IMG/VR virus record: IMGVR_UViG_3300028832_000009 | Strand: one strand, 5' to 3' | DNA from: an uncultured virus (IMG/VR IMGVR_UViG_3300028832_000009) | Lineage: Duplodnaviria; Heunggongvirae; Uroviricota; Caudoviricetes | Length of the DNA: 64,000 bases | Notes under the pieces: generated by a model | Database searches by the model: none | Told to the model about the DNA's origin: nothing | The model's input: only the letters and a program-made list of their open reading frames with translations | Program-made: the position numbers and the translations under genes | Shown here: piece after piece, positions 15,586 to 25,250 of the stretch | Numbering within the stretch: the first letter of the stretch is position 1 | Layout of the letters: each line of letters begins with the position of its first letter

Positions 15586-15863
15586 AGCGGTTCCTTATGG
15601 TCGGCTCCACCCACGCCAAGCAGTCCGGCGAGCCCCGCGAACGGCACGCCTACATCAGCATCGTGTTCCCCGATCCGTCCGAGGCCCTGGGCATGATGAC
15701 CAAGAACAAGTTCGGGAATGTCACCTCGCTCTCCCTGTACGTTAAGGGGGAACAGCAGGCGGAGGGCATCGCCAACGCCCTGATGTTCGCCGCAAATGTC
15801 CTTGCCATCGGAGATACCGACGCGAAAGAAGAAGAACCGGTATCCCTCATTCCCATAGACTAA
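15570..15863 (+). CDS. hypothetical protein
   Basis: Overlapping, co-oriented ORF. Confidence 0.65.
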   Translation: MEEAVKRFLMVGSTHAKQSGEPRERHAYISIVFPDPSEALGMMTKNKFGNVTSLSLYVKGEQQAEGIANALMFAANVLAIGDTDAKEEEPVSLIPID

Positions 15864-15885
15864 CAACCTTAAAACACATATCATT

Positions 15886-16416
15886 ATGCCATTCTTAAAT
15901 CTATGCCAGTTCATTGGCAATGTAGGCGCCGACCCTACAATCCGTTCAAACTCCGGCAATCCCGAAAAGCCCGAAAAGATAGCGTTTTTCAATCTCGCCA
16001 CTACCGAGAGGTACAAAGGCAGGGACGGACAGTATCACGATAACACCGAGTGGATACCGGTCGTCGCCTTCGGCCCCACCGCGGAGTTCGTGGAGAAGTA
16101 TGTACGAAAAGGCTCGCCCCTTTTCGTGTCCGGCAAGTTCAGGACAAGATCCTGGAATGACCAGTCGGGGGCAAGACGTTTCCAGACTGAAATTCTCGCT
16201 CAGGACATCCAGCCCCTCGCAAGAAGGGAAGAAACCCAGCAGGCCGCACCCGCCCCTGTCGGCGTTCCGACACCCCCTCCTACCCCGGCACCGATACCCA
16301 CGCCCGTCCAGGCACAGGCTCCGGTAGCATACCCTGCACCTGCAGCACCTGCACCTGCGGTGAATCAGGCTTTCTCCCAGCAAGGGGGACAGATGGCAGA
16401 CGACCTTCCCTTTTGA
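15886..16416 (+). CDS. ssb: single-stranded DNA-binding protein
   Basis: OB fold (FIGNVGADP...NTEWIPVVAFG...KGSPLFVSGKFRTRSW), Pro/Ala linker and DDLPF tail. Confidence 0.95.
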   Translation: MPFLNLCQFIGNVGADPTIRSNSGNPEKPEKIAFFNLATTERYKGRDGQYHDNTEWIPVVAFGPTAEFVEKYVRKGSPLFVSGKFRTRSWNDQSGARRFQTEILAQDIQPLARREETQQAAPAPVGVPTPPPTPAPIPTPVQAQAPVAYPAPAAPAPAVNQAFSQQGGQMADDLPF

Positions 16417-16425
16417 TGACACGCC

Positions 16426-16734
16426 ATGAACAAGCCCGCAACAAGCACCAGCGCCTTTGAAGAATGCTGGTTGGCCTACAACCGCAAGGGCGTCAAGAAG
16501 GTAGCCAAGGCCCAATGGGACAGGCTGTCAGAAGAAGAGAGGGAGCAAGCCTCCCGGCACATACCTTTCTATGTATCAAGCAGGGAAAGGGTCTATTGCA
16601 AGGACTTTGAGCGGTATCTCCGCGACAGAGTTTTCCAGAATCCGATTTTCAACCGACAGGGCGAGGTGGTTTACGACCCCGACGCAACGCAACCGGAAGC
16701 GAAGGTCAACGCAGCACCCGCAGGCTTCCAATGA
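16426..16734 (+). CDS. putative replication accessory protein
   Basis: FEECWLAYNRKGVKKVAKAQW...FERYL resembles C-terminal domains of phage replication proteins; sits just before the primase-helicase. Confidence 0.6.
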   Translation: MNKPATSTSAFEECWLAYNRKGVKKVAKAQWDRLSEEEREQASRHIPFYVSSRERVYCKDFERYLRDRVFQNPIFNRQGEVVYDPDATQPEAKVNAAPAGFQ

Positions 16735-16753
16735 TTAGACAAGCGGCAAAGAT

Positions 16754-18826
16754 ATGACCGGCCTTAACGAACAGACAATACTCAAGTGGTGGGAGATATT
16801 CAAGGGAGAACATCCCCTGACCGAAGTGCGTATCCTGGATGGTGCCAACAGCTATTCCGGATACTTCAACGATGTGCATAAGATGATAGATGCCCTGCGT
16901 CCCTACGCGGACAAGGCCATCTACGGCATCATCAACATAGTGAACGACGATTGCCTTGGACGGAAACAGGCCGGCCGTATTATCCGCATCTCAAAGGACG
17001 AGGCTACCGGGGACAACATCATCACCGGCAGGACGATGATCCTGATTGACCTCGACCCGGTACGCATCAGCGGCGTGAACGCCACCGACGAGGAAAAGGG
17101 CTACGCACGCAAGACGATGTGCGCCATAGGCTCCTTCCTCAAGGCGCAGGGGTTCTCGACCCCGGTGGTAGCGGACAGCGGGAACGGATACCATATGTAC
17201 TATCGGGTGAAGCTGCAGAACACCCCGGAGAACACCCAGCTCGTCAAGGACTTCCTCGGAGTGATAAGCGACCAGTTTTCCAGCGACAAGTGCGACGTGG
17301 ACACTTCCGTGTTCAACGCGGCGAGGATTACCAAGCTGATCGGCACCACTTCCAGGAAAGGCACCGACACGTCCGAAAGGCCGCAGAGGGAGTCGCGTTT
17401 CGTGAAGGTCCCCGAGAGGTGGGAGTTCACCGACATCTCCTATATCCGCAAGGTCGCGGCGATGAAACCGCAGCCCGAGGCGCAGACCGCCCAGAACGAC
17501 TTCGGCAGGAAGAAGTTCGACATAGAGGCGTTCTTCACCGAGCATAACATCAAGGTCAAGTCAAGGGAGCCCTACAACGGGGGTATCCGCTATATTCTCG
17601 ACGAGTGCCCCTGGGATTCCACGCACAAGGACGCGGCGGTCATCCAGCGCACCGACGGAACTCTCTGCTACCATTGTTTCCACAACAGCTGCTCGCAGTA
17701 CGGATGGAAGGAATACAGGCTTTTCTACGAGCCTAACGCCTACTCCCAGGCAGACTTGTCAGCCTATGAGTTCAAGCGCGACTACAACGACCGCAGGCGG
17801 GGTAGAGGGAATCTCTCGGACCTTTTCAAGCACGAGGTTACATCCGACCTTGGCCCCGTGTGGATGAAGGCGTCGGAAGTGAAGTGGGAGGACCCGCGCA
17901 ATGCCATCTATGTACCGACCGGGATAACCCGGCTGGACAACAAGATAAGGGGACTTGGCGTTCCCGGCGTGACCGTCCTTTCGGGGCTGAGCGGATGCGG
18001 GAAGTCCACCCTTATCGACGAGCTAATCCTCTCGGCCCTGCAGGCGGGATTCCCTACCGCGGCCTTCTCCGGGGAGCTGCCCGGCGCACTCTTCATGCAG
18101 TGGCTCCGGCAGATTGCCGCAGGCCCTGCGGTGACGAAGGTATGGAGGGGAGAGGAACTGGCATACTGCTACGCGGACAGGGAGGTGAGCGAGAAGATTG
18201 ACCGCTGGTTGGATTCCAAGTATTTCTTCCTCTACAACAACGACTACGGAAGCAAGTGGAGCAAACTCTTCCCCAGCATCCGCGATGCTGTCGAGAAGAA
18301 AGGAGCGAAGATAATCTTTGTGGATAACCTGATGATCATGGATCTCGACTTCGAGGGAGAGAAGAACGACCTGCAGGGGCAGCTCATCAAGCAAATGATG
18401 GATTACGCCAAGGCGAAGCGCGTCCATATACTCCTCGTGGCGCATCCGCGTAAGGAGACGCAGGCAAAACTTCTGCGTATGCAGGACATATCCGGCACGG
18501 CAGACCTCTACAATGTGCCGGACAATGTGTTCCTCCTGCACCGCGTGAATACGGACTTCGAGAAGAGGGCCATAGACTTCTGGGGAAGGAAGAGGCTTGA
18601 CGACATACAGCTCGCCGGGTATTCCACCATCCTGGAAGTCGCCAAATGCAGGAGCAACGGCACGGCGAACGAGATGCTATGCGGCCTCTTCTTCAACGAG
18701 GTTGACCGCAGGCTGGAGAACGAGCGCAACGAAGACCACGACTACGGCTGGCAGGAATACTCCGAGCCGCAGGTGCCGTTCAACAACGAGTTTGACCCGG
18801 GAGATGACGGCGATTTACCCTATTAG
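16754..18826 (+). CDS. primase (AEP-like) fused to an SF4/DnaB-like helicase
   Basis: LIDLDP, DSGNGYH, CPW...CFHNSC zinc finger; GLSGCGKST, IFVDNLM, VAHPRK, DISGT. Confidence 0.9.
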   Translation: MTGLNEQTILKWWEIFKGEHPLTEVRILDGANSYSGYFNDVHKMIDALRPYADKAIYGIINIVNDDCLGRKQAGRIIRISKDEATGDNIITGRTMILIDLDPVRISGVNATDEEKGYARKTMCAIGSFLKAQGFSTPVVADSGNGYHMYYRVKLQNTPENTQLVKDFLGVISDQFSSDKCDVDTSVFNAARITKLIGTTSRKGTDTSERPQRESRFVKVPERWEFTDISYIRKVAAMKPQPEAQTAQNDFGRKKFDIEAFFTEHNIKVKSREPYNGGIRYILDECPWDSTHKDAAVIQRTDGTLCYHCFHNSCSQYGWKEYRLFYEPNAYSQADLSAYEFKRDYNDRRRGRGNLSDLFKHEVTSDLGPVWMKASEVKWEDPRNAIYVPTGITRLDNKIRGLGVPGVTVLSGLSGCGKSTLIDELILSALQAGFPTAAFSGELPGALFMQWLRQIAAGPAVTKVWRGEELAYCYADREVSEKIDRWLDSKYFFLYNNDYGSKWSKLFPSIRDAVEKKGAKIIFVDNLMIMDLDFEGEKNDLQGQLIKQMMDYAKAKRVHILLVAHPRKETQAKLLRMQDISGTADLYNVPDNVFLLHRVNTDFEKRAIDFWGRKRLDDIQLAGYSTILEVAKCRSNGTANEMLCGLFFNEVDRRLENERNEDHDYGWQEYSEPQVPFNNEFDPGDDGDLPY

Positions 18827-18834
18827 CGAGAGTT

Positions 18835-19035
18835 ATGGCAAAGCGTTATGATGAATTTGCGAACAACTGCCAAGGTTGCGGTTGGCTGCGAGAGGGGAGA
18901 TACCTCGACGGAACGCCGTATCTCTGCTGCATATGGTTCGGAACCATTATGCATAACCAATCCGAAGAAGAATGCAAGTCCTGGCGCTCGCCTGAATATG
19001 TGTTGAAGTACATGAACAAGCAAAGAAAGAAATAA
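18835..19035 (+). CDS. hypothetical Cys-containing protein
   Basis: Co-oriented; CxxC...CC...C. Confidence 0.6.
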   Translation: MAKRYDEFANNCQGCGWLREGRYLDGTPYLCCIWFGTIMHNQSEEECKSWRSPEYVLKYMNKQRKK

Positions 19036-19041
19036 AACGAT

Positions 19042-19227
19042 ATGATTATGGCACTGACACCAAAAGATGAAACCTTGCTTATCCAGGCCCGGGAGTTCTC
19101 GAAGAACGATTGGCACAAGATCGGGGAGCTGCGCGAGCAGGCCGAGAGCGAAGAGGCGAAAGAGCGACCCCGCCGGCTGGAGTTGTTCAGGTATCACCAA
19201 GAGGAAGCAGATGCCGGGATTATATAA
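19042..19227 (+). CDS. hypothetical protein
   Basis: Co-oriented small ORF. Confidence 0.6.
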   Translation: MIMALTPKDETLLIQAREFSKNDWHKIGELREQAESEEAKERPRRLELFRYHQEEADAGII

Positions 19228-19285
19228 ACCGATACAAACTTATAGATTTTTACAATTTCTATTGATTTCTATAAATAATCAAGAT

Positions 19286-19546
19286 ATGACACAAGAAAAA
19301 ATCACAAAGAAAGCCCTTGCCAAAGTCCCGAAGATAAGGGGCTATGTGGCGAGGGATGAAGATGGAACACTGCACTTCTTCTCCTCCGAGTGCGGTGATG
19401 GCGAGCCAATCTTTGACACAGAGTCAGGCACTTGGGGTATCGCTACGATGGAGATGTTGGAGATTGTTCATCCTAATGGGGAGTTCGGCGAGCTGTCCTT
19501 CAGGGATGACCCGATTGAAGTTGAACTCTCAATACAAAAGATATGA
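19286..19546 (+). CDS. hypothetical protein
   Basis: ATG at 19286; YVARDEDGTLHFF is typical of small phage proteins. Confidence 0.7.
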   Translation: MTQEKITKKALAKVPKIRGYVARDEDGTLHFFSSECGDGEPIFDTESGTWGIATMEMLEIVHPNGEFGELSFRDDPIEVELSIQKI

Positions 19547-19704
19547 CACTCAACGAACTAATCCGCCAAGCCCAAGAGCTGGCGAGCCACCTTTCTTCGG
19601 GAGGCATTCCACTCCGCAGAAATGGTTGGGATGTAGATGTCTGCCTGCAATTAGAACGCGACAAACACGGACAAGATTATGTGGATGTTAAAATCAAAGT
19701 ATAG
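19543..19704 (+). CDS. hypothetical protein (53 aa, not in the ORF track)
   Basis: ATGA-coupled; MTLNELIRQAQELASHLSSGGIPL...VKIKV*; fills the gap exactly. Confidence 0.65.
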   Translation: MTLNELIRQAQELASHLSSGGIPLRRNGWDVDVCLQLERDKHGQDYVDVKIKV

Positions 19705-19706
19705 TT

Positions 19707-20057
19707 ATGCTGAACAAATATTATATAGGGGGTGATACTACAAATGTAAAATGCGAAGTAAATCTAAATCAACCCTCCACAGGATTTATCCAAAAGTCAA
19801 ACCCAATAAGCAGATTCATTCGCTTCCAGCGCGGGTCGGAGATTGAAAGACTCTTGTTCCCTACGGAATCAAATGTCAATCCTCGCTTATACTATACGAA
19901 AGTAGACCATGTTAAATCTCCCGGACGCCCTTGGGCTGTGGATCGGATAGAAAACAAAGTTTACGAAGATGTAACTGTTCTACAAGTTTGTATTTTCGGT
20001 AACGATTATATGCTTGCAGAATATGTGTTCAACAAAGATATGAAAGAACAATTATGA
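19707..20057 (+). CDS. hypothetical protein
   Basis: Co-oriented, low GC. Confidence 0.65.
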   Translation: MLNKYYIGGDTTNVKCEVNLNQPSTGFIQKSNPISRFIRFQRGSEIERLLFPTESNVNPRLYYTKVDHVKSPGRPWAVDRIENKVYEDVTVLQVCIFGNDYMLAEYVFNKDMKEQL

Positions 20058-20431
20058 CACGAGAAGAAAAAAGGCTTTTGCTTAAAGACCTCTGCGCACG
20101 GTTGCCTTATGGGGTAATCGTGAAGGATAGGAACGCCACACACGAACTATCAATAGGAAACACCGAGTTTGTCGATTTGTTTAATGGTAAGTGCCATATC
20201 AAGCCTTACCTTCGCCCAATGTCAAGTATGACGGAGGAAGAGAGGGAAAAGTGGGCGAGCATCATTAACTATACTCTCAATAAGGAGAAGGGAGAAATGT
20301 CAGTATCCGTATTAGTTGATGATGTATCTGAATACAATGATTGGCTCGATAAAAATATGTTTGACTATCGAGGACTTATCCCTATGGGACTTGCCCTTGA
20401 AGCACCAAAGGATATGTATAAAATCAGATAG
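20054..20431 (+). CDS. conserved Bacteroidales phage hypothetical protein
   Basis: LLLKDLCARLPYGV...IKPYLRPMSSMTEEE...FDYRGLIPMGLALEAP. Confidence 0.8.
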   Translation: MTREEKRLLLKDLCARLPYGVIVKDRNATHELSIGNTEFVDLFNGKCHIKPYLRPMSSMTEEEREKWASIINYTLNKEKGEMSVSVLVDDVSEYNDWLDKNMFDYRGLIPMGLALEAPKDMYKIR

Positions 20432-20434
20432 AAT

Positions 20435-20698
20435 ATGATTTGTGCAGATTGCAAACATTGGACAATGGGTGACACTTGGGGTTCTCCTATGGGGAAAGAA
20501 CACGGAGTTTTAGTCGAGTGTAAGGGTTGGTGCTTAGCCAAGTCGAATAAGCGAAAAAGGTGGAATTATCAACCCTGCAACAATTGTCCGCTCTTTGAGA
20601 AAAGAAAAAGAAACACCCTTATAATGTTTGGCACTGGAATGCCTACGAGGGAGCAATTGCAAGAGATCAAAGATTTTATAGAAGAAAAACTAAAATAG
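20435..20698 (+). CDS. hypothetical Cys-rich protein
   Basis: CADCKHW...C...CNNC. Confidence 0.65.
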   Translation: MICADCKHWTMGDTWGSPMGKEHGVLVECKGWCLAKSNKRKRWNYQPCNNCPLFEKRKRNTLIMFGTGMPTREQLQEIKDFIEEKLK

Positions 20699-20700
20699 TT

Positions 20701-21951
20701 ATGGAAAAAGAAATAATAATTCCCGAAGGCCAAGAAGTCAGGATAGAAGGTAACAAGGTTGTTTTCATCGAGAAGGAGAGCGAAGATGAGAGGATAAGGA
20801 AATGGCTTTTTGATTTTATCGAAGCAAATGGTTGGTCCGCACAATTTAGTGTAACAAAAGAACAAGTCCTTGCCTACCTCGAAAAGCAGAAAGCTAAAGA
20901 ACAGTATGATAGGTTGGCACCTATCTACGCGGATCAAGAATCCTTTGAATCCGCATTAGACAAGGCGTGGAAATTCTACAACGACAGCGGCTCTTCTACG
21001 GTTGATGGCTGTGAGGATAATGCCGTCGAACTCGCCTTCGCTAAAGGGTTCCGCGAAGGATTTCTTTACAAGGAAAGCCAGAAAGAGCAGAAGTCCACTC
21101 TTAGCAAATCCGAAATAGATTTTGCCGACACCTATTCAAAAGGTGTATGGGAGAAACTTATGTCCAAATTCAAGAATACTAAAGGATATCGTATTGGATG
21201 CAATGATGTTTCAGACATTGTTCTGAATGCGATTCTTGATGCGTTTAAGTGGGCAAAGAGTCGTTGGAACGCAGCAGAAGAGAGGAAGCCTAAAATGATT
21301 CAATGGACAGGGAAAAACCTAAAAGAAGTCATTGACTTTACAGGTAAATCTCTAAGGTTTGATGAGTGGTTTAAGTCTTGGGAGGATTTCGAGAATTATG
21401 TACACAGCCATGGAGATATTCTCAAACTGTTCTGCGAGGATGGTAGTCACTATGAAGTTCCAGTAGGTGCTTGGATAATCAAGACTCCAGATGGCTTTAA
21501 TACACCTTCTCATTTTAGATTCATACAGAAGCCCGCAGAGTGGAACGAGGAAGATGAAATACGGTTAAAAGAAGCGCTTGAAGTTCTTGATGAATCAATA
21601 AAACATCTTCCCATTGGATACGGATATACAAAGGATGTGAGGTATGTCAAGGACTGGCTCAAATCCCTCCGTCCCCAGCCAAAACAAGAATGGAATTGGG
21701 GTGATGAAGATTTTGAAAAGTTTAGGAAGGTTCTTGCAAAAAAAGCTTTTCTTGATGAAATAACATCAGTTCAAGTTGCAAAAGAACTATTGAATTTTCT
21801 TAAACATTATCGTCCCCAGCCTCATTGGAAGCCCAGCAAGGAACAAATGGAAGCGCTGAAGAAAGCATATGAGGATGCTTTTGAATGTCCTGAAGGTTGT
21901 GTCCCCCACCTCCCTCTCGAATCTCTTTACAACGACCTTAAAGAGTTATAA
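20701..21951 (+). CDS. modular hypothetical protein with repeated segments
   Basis: ESEDERIRK, EWNEEDE, RPQP x2, WKPSKEQMEAL. Confidence 0.8.
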   Translation: MEKEIIIPEGQEVRIEGNKVVFIEKESEDERIRKWLFDFIEANGWSAQFSVTKEQVLAYLEKQKAKEQYDRLAPIYADQESFESALDKAWKFYNDSGSSTVDGCEDNAVELAFAKGFREGFLYKESQKEQKSTLSKSEIDFADTYSKGVWEKLMSKFKNTKGYRIGCNDVSDIVLNAILDAFKWAKSRWNAAEERKPKMIQWTGKNLKEVIDFTGKSLRFDEWFKSWEDFENYVHSHGDILKLFCEDGSHYEVPVGAWIIKTPDGFNTPSHFRFIQKPAEWNEEDEIRLKEALEVLDESIKHLPIGYGYTKDVRYVKDWLKSLRPQPKQEWNWGDEDFEKFRKVLAKKAFLDEITSVQVAKELLNFLKHYRPQPHWKPSKEQMEALKKAYEDAFECPEGCVPHLPLESLYNDLKEL

Positions 21952-21978
21952 CTTAACGGCACACTCTCTCTACTGATT

Positions 21979-22017
21979 GTCCCTCCCGGCACATCTCTGC
22001 GGCAGGAGGGACTTTTT
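21979..22017 (+). terminator. intrinsic terminator between convergent operons
   Basis: GTCCCTCC...GGAGGGAC followed by TTTTT. Confidence 0.7.
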
Positions 22018-22042
22018 ATATTGGGTTGGAACGGGAGAGAGT

Positions 22043-22540
22043 CTATTTCGCGTGGAGATAGTCCCAGGTCTTGCTGTCCCCATAGGGGTTGTCCGGGTCA
22101 TCGAGCCAGGCGACCGCAAGATCAACCGCCTTCTCCGTTTTCGCCTGCTCATCAGCTCCGGGGAACCACTTCTGGATGACGGGCCAGTTGTCGCTGGCAA
22201 TCATATTGAGCGTCACATAGAAGTCCCAGAAGGTGTATGCTCCCGGAATGCGCTTGGCGACCTTCTCATAGACCGCACGCACCTGCGGCTCCGACCAATA
22301 CGGGGCGGAGTGCTTGTTTCCGTTCTCGTCGCGGTAATACATCTTGCTCACGCAGGCCACGGCGTAGTTTTCGTCATAGTGCCCGCCGGACATGATTCCG
22401 TAAATCTCGGACAGGAGTTCGTTCTTCGATGTCTCGTCAAGGTAAGTCTCGACCGCATCAGATATGGCGGAGATGGATTTCCACATAGCATCTTCGCCCT
22501 TGCCCGTACCACGGGTTTTCATAAGTTCATAGAGTGTCAT
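22043..22540 (-). CDS. conserved phage hypothetical protein (Cys-rich operon, gene 7)
   Basis: HYDENYA...WDFYVTLNMIASD...WLDDPD...KTWDY. Confidence 0.8.
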   Translation of the reverse strand: MTLYELMKTRGTGKGEDAMWKSISAISDAVETYLDETSKNELLSEIYGIMSGGHYDENYAVACVSKMYYRDENGNKHSAPYWSEPQVRAVYEKVAKRIPGAYTFWDFYVTLNMIASDNWPVIQKWFPGADEQAKTEKAVDLAVAWLDDPDNPYGDSKTWDYLHAK

Positions 22541-22944
22541 AATGTTTCTTGTTTTCGGTTTATTTTCTTCCCCTTCCGCACTTCGGGCAAGCCATCGGCA
22601 TCGGGGGTCGCACGATTATCGCCGGGGGCTCCGGCTTGAAGGTTATCGGCAGTGGCATCGGTTTGGGAAATACTTTCATAAGCCTTGTTGTAGATGATTG
22701 CCAGATAGTCGTAGATAAGAGCGAGCCACAGGGCCGCATAAGAGAAAAGGAAAGATGTCGCCAGCGCAGCCAGTGCCGGCTGTCCGTGGAAGATCTGCCA
22801 CAGCAGAGTGCTCCAGAAAGTCAGGCACTTCGGGCAGGAAAGGAGACCGGCCTTCAGGCGCAGCTCCTCCAGGATTGCATCAGCAAGCCCCATCTGCACG
22901 AACAGGACGCAGCATACCGTCAGCGATGCGACATCTTTCCACAT
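22537..22944 (-). CDS. hypothetical membrane protein with CPKC (gene 6)
   Basis: Hydrophobic segments; LSCPKCLTFW. Confidence 0.75.
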   Translation of the reverse strand: MWKDVASLTVCCVLFVQMGLADAILEELRLKAGLLSCPKCLTFWSTLLWQIFHGQPALAALATSFLFSYAALWLALIYDYLAIIYNKAYESISQTDATADNLQAGAPGDNRATPDADGLPEVRKGKKINRKQETL

Positions 22945-22948
22945 AATC

Positions 22949-23410
22949 CTATGCTCCCGCGGCTACATTGAAGGAAGTGGTGATGCTGAGTGCGTTGGTA
23001 ACATTGCAGCAATCCCTTACGTCGGTGGGGGTGCACTGGCAGATGCCGGCGGTTATAGTGGGTGTGTCTGCGGAGGACACGGGAACGGAGAGTACCGTCC
23101 ACACATTGTCCGTTATCGGGCAAGGAGCGCAGGCGCAGCCTCCGTAGTTGCTGCCCGAGCGGTGGGGCATATAGGTGACCGTTCCGCTTACAAGGATGTC
23201 CGCATTGAACACGTTGTTGCCAACACTGTAGATGCGAAGGACCTGGTAAGCAAGGTTAGCGGAGATGGGAAAGGCTCCGGATACGCAGACCTTGCGGTTC
23301 CCACAGGTGTAGTGGGTAAGATTGAGAACATAGGAGGCATTCGTCGCGGTACCTCCGGCGACAGGCACGAGAGAGTTGAGGTATGTCTGTCCGTTGATGT
23401 AATCAGCCAT
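22949..23410 (-). CDS. Cys-rich beta-type hypothetical protein (gene 5)
   Basis: CACAPC, CQC and CC motifs. Confidence 0.75.
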   Translation of the reverse strand: MADYINGQTYLNSLVPVAGGTATNASYVLNLTHYTCGNRKVCVSGAFPISANLAYQVLRIYSVGNNVFNADILVSGTVTYMPHRSGSNYGGCACAPCPITDNVWTVLSVPVSSADTPTITAGICQCTPTDVRDCCNVTNALSITTSFNVAAGA

Positions 23411-23412
23411 AG

Positions 23413-23694
23413 CTAAGATTCTTTTTGTGAGTTAGTTTTCTTCGGCGACCTATTGTCTGCACCGTCGCCACCTTGTGCTATCGGGGTTATGACTTCCTGC
23501 GGTGGGCTCAGCTTGCGCATCGCACCTTCTATCCTCGCTATCGCTTCGGACATATTGTCCAGTCTGGAGAAGATCGCGCCGCGCTGCTCCATTATGTTAT
23601 ACAGCCTTACCGCAGAGCAATATGTCTGCTGGATGAACGGACACTTCTGGCACTGCCCGTCGCATACTCTCGGTGTGTTCTCCCTATTTTCCAT
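23413..23694 (-). CDS. hypothetical protein with CxxxCxxC-x6-C (gene 4)
   Basis: CDGQCQKCPFIQQTYC followed by a coiled coil. Confidence 0.72.
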   Translation of the reverse strand: MENRENTPRVCDGQCQKCPFIQQTYCSAVRLYNIMEQRGAIFSRLDNMSEAIARIEGAMRKLSPPQEVITPIAQGGDGADNRSPKKTNSQKES

Positions 23695-23893
23695 TCCTAA
23701 GATAGTTTATGAGCCGGGCCTGCAAGAAAGGGCTCGTCTCTATTTGTCTCAGCAGCGGGAGGATTCTGCCGGCGCTTACCGCCACGCCCTTCGCTGCGCA
23801 TCCGTCCACGAAAGCACCCAGCTGCCGGGAGGTCTCGTCGGCCTGCTCCTGGCTTTCGGCGAATATGTTGAACGATACTTTATATCCTTCCAT
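23684..23893 (-). CDS. hypothetical protein (gene 3)
   Basis: Tight operon packing. Confidence 0.65.
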   Translation of the reverse strand: MEGYKVSFNIFAESQEQADETSRQLGAFVDGCAAKGVAVSAGRILPLLRQIETSPFLQARLINYLRNGK

Positions 23894-23899
23894 GGCTCA

Positions 23900-24238
23900 T
23901 TATGGGTTGATTGGTGGAATAGGTTCAGCCGGCACCCTCTTGCCCAGGATTCCCCGGATGAGGGACACGCCCTGCGAAATCATATCCTCGTTCTCCCTTA
24001 TCCACGAGAACACCCCGCTTGCCTGCTCTCCCAGGTTACGGATGAACGGCTTGGATGCCGCCTCCACCGAAGGGATGCCGTCGAGATCTTTGACGAGGAA
24101 GTCGTACATCTTCTGCGCCTTCTCCACATCAAGGTTGGAGAGGAAGAGGCACTGCTGTTTCAGCGCTGCTTTGCTCGTAGGTCGTATCATGGCTATCTGC
24201 TCCTGAAGTCTCTGCTTCCGTTTCTTTCCGTTGAACAT
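23900..24238 (-). CDS. hypothetical protein (gene 2)
   Basis: Tight operon packing. Confidence 0.7.
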   Translation of the reverse strand: MFNGKKRKQRLQEQIAMIRPTSKAALKQQCLFLSNLDVEKAQKMYDFLVKDLDGIPSVEAASKPFIRNLGEQASGVFSWIRENEDMISQGVSLIRGILGKRVPAEPIPPINP

Positions 24239-24296
24239 CGTCTTGATAGTTATAATGGTAGGGCAGGGAGAGTCCCCACCCTACCAGGTCCGTGGA

Positions 24297-24803
24297 TTAG
24301 GCGCCACAGGAGCCGGGGCAGCCGCAAGGCTGAGGGGCAGAATATATCTGAACCTTCTGAGGATTCTCGGAGAGGTTCCCGAGGATGGCCTGGTTCAAGA
24401 GGTTATTCTGCACACTCTGCATCGCGGAGAGTTCTGCGGCCTGCTGTGCGGTGAGGGTTCCCTGCTGGGAGCCGGACACAGTGTCGTTGATGGTTTGCGT
24501 CATGGTCACGCCCTGTGCCACGCGCTCCGCACGTTCTGCTCCGAGAAGTCCGGCGAGCGAGTTGATCTGTGCGTTGTTTGCGGCAAACTGGGCATTGGCG
24601 AGGTCGCGGATGCCGTTGGCCTTGGCGTTGGAGAAGATGGGCGCGAAAATCCACGCACCGATGCCGAGGGCTGCGCCCACGGAACCGAGAACGAGACCTG
24701 CGACCGCAGTACCCGAAGGACGGCGGGAGGTCTTTTCGTTCATCATGAATGACTCAAAGGGGGTAAGGCCCCAGTGAACAGCTTCTTCAGTCATGGTTGT
24801 CAA
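24297..24803 (-). CDS. membrane-anchored Q/N-rich protein with a Cys tail (gene 1)
   Basis: TM segment AVAGLVLGSVGAALGIGAWIF, coiled coil, and PCGCPGSCGA. Confidence 0.78.
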   Translation of the reverse strand: MTTMTEEAVHWGLTPFESFMMNEKTSRRPSGTAVAGLVLGSVGAALGIGAWIFAPIFSNAKANGIRDLANAQFAANNAQINSLAGLLGAERAERVAQGVTMTQTINDTVSGSQQGTLTAQQAAELSAMQSVQNNLLNQAILGNLSENPQKVQIYSAPQPCGCPGSCGA

Positions 24804-24938
24804 TGATTATTCGTTGTTAAACAAAATCCTCTGACACGATTGTCATTGACACAAAGTTCGTTAGAAGGTGCGGGACTGGGAAATAAATCACATATTTGCG
24901 CTATCGTATTGAGATATAGAGGCTTAGCTGTGAATTCC

Positions 24939-25232
24939 TCACTTCTTCCAGCTATCCGGTATCGCTTTCCTGAAGAGTGCGAAGGGATATGCCACATACC
25001 GCCGGGGCTTAGGCAGCATACGCCTGTCTATGACCGTGGTCACATTGGTCTTGGTCTTGCCGTAGAAGCGGGCGAAGTCATCTGCAGTCCCCTGCAGGGG
25101 GAGACACCCCTCAAACATCTTCGACAATGATTCATATTCGGACATTGATAGGGAGTCGTTCTCTACCTTAAACCGAACAAAATCAAGAAATTCTAATAAA
25201 ATTTTCTTCCCAATGTTCTCAATGTCAGACAT
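24939..25232 (-). CDS. hypothetical protein, possible HTH regulator
   Basis: TADDFARFYGKTKTNVTTVIDRR looks HTH-like. Confidence 0.6.
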   Translation of the reverse strand: MSDIENIGKKILLEFLDFVRFKVENDSLSMSEYESLSKMFEGCLPLQGTADDFARFYGKTKTNVTTVIDRRMLPKPRRYVAYPFALFRKAIPDSWKK

Positions 25233-25250
25233 TTTTGTTACATTTGCAGT

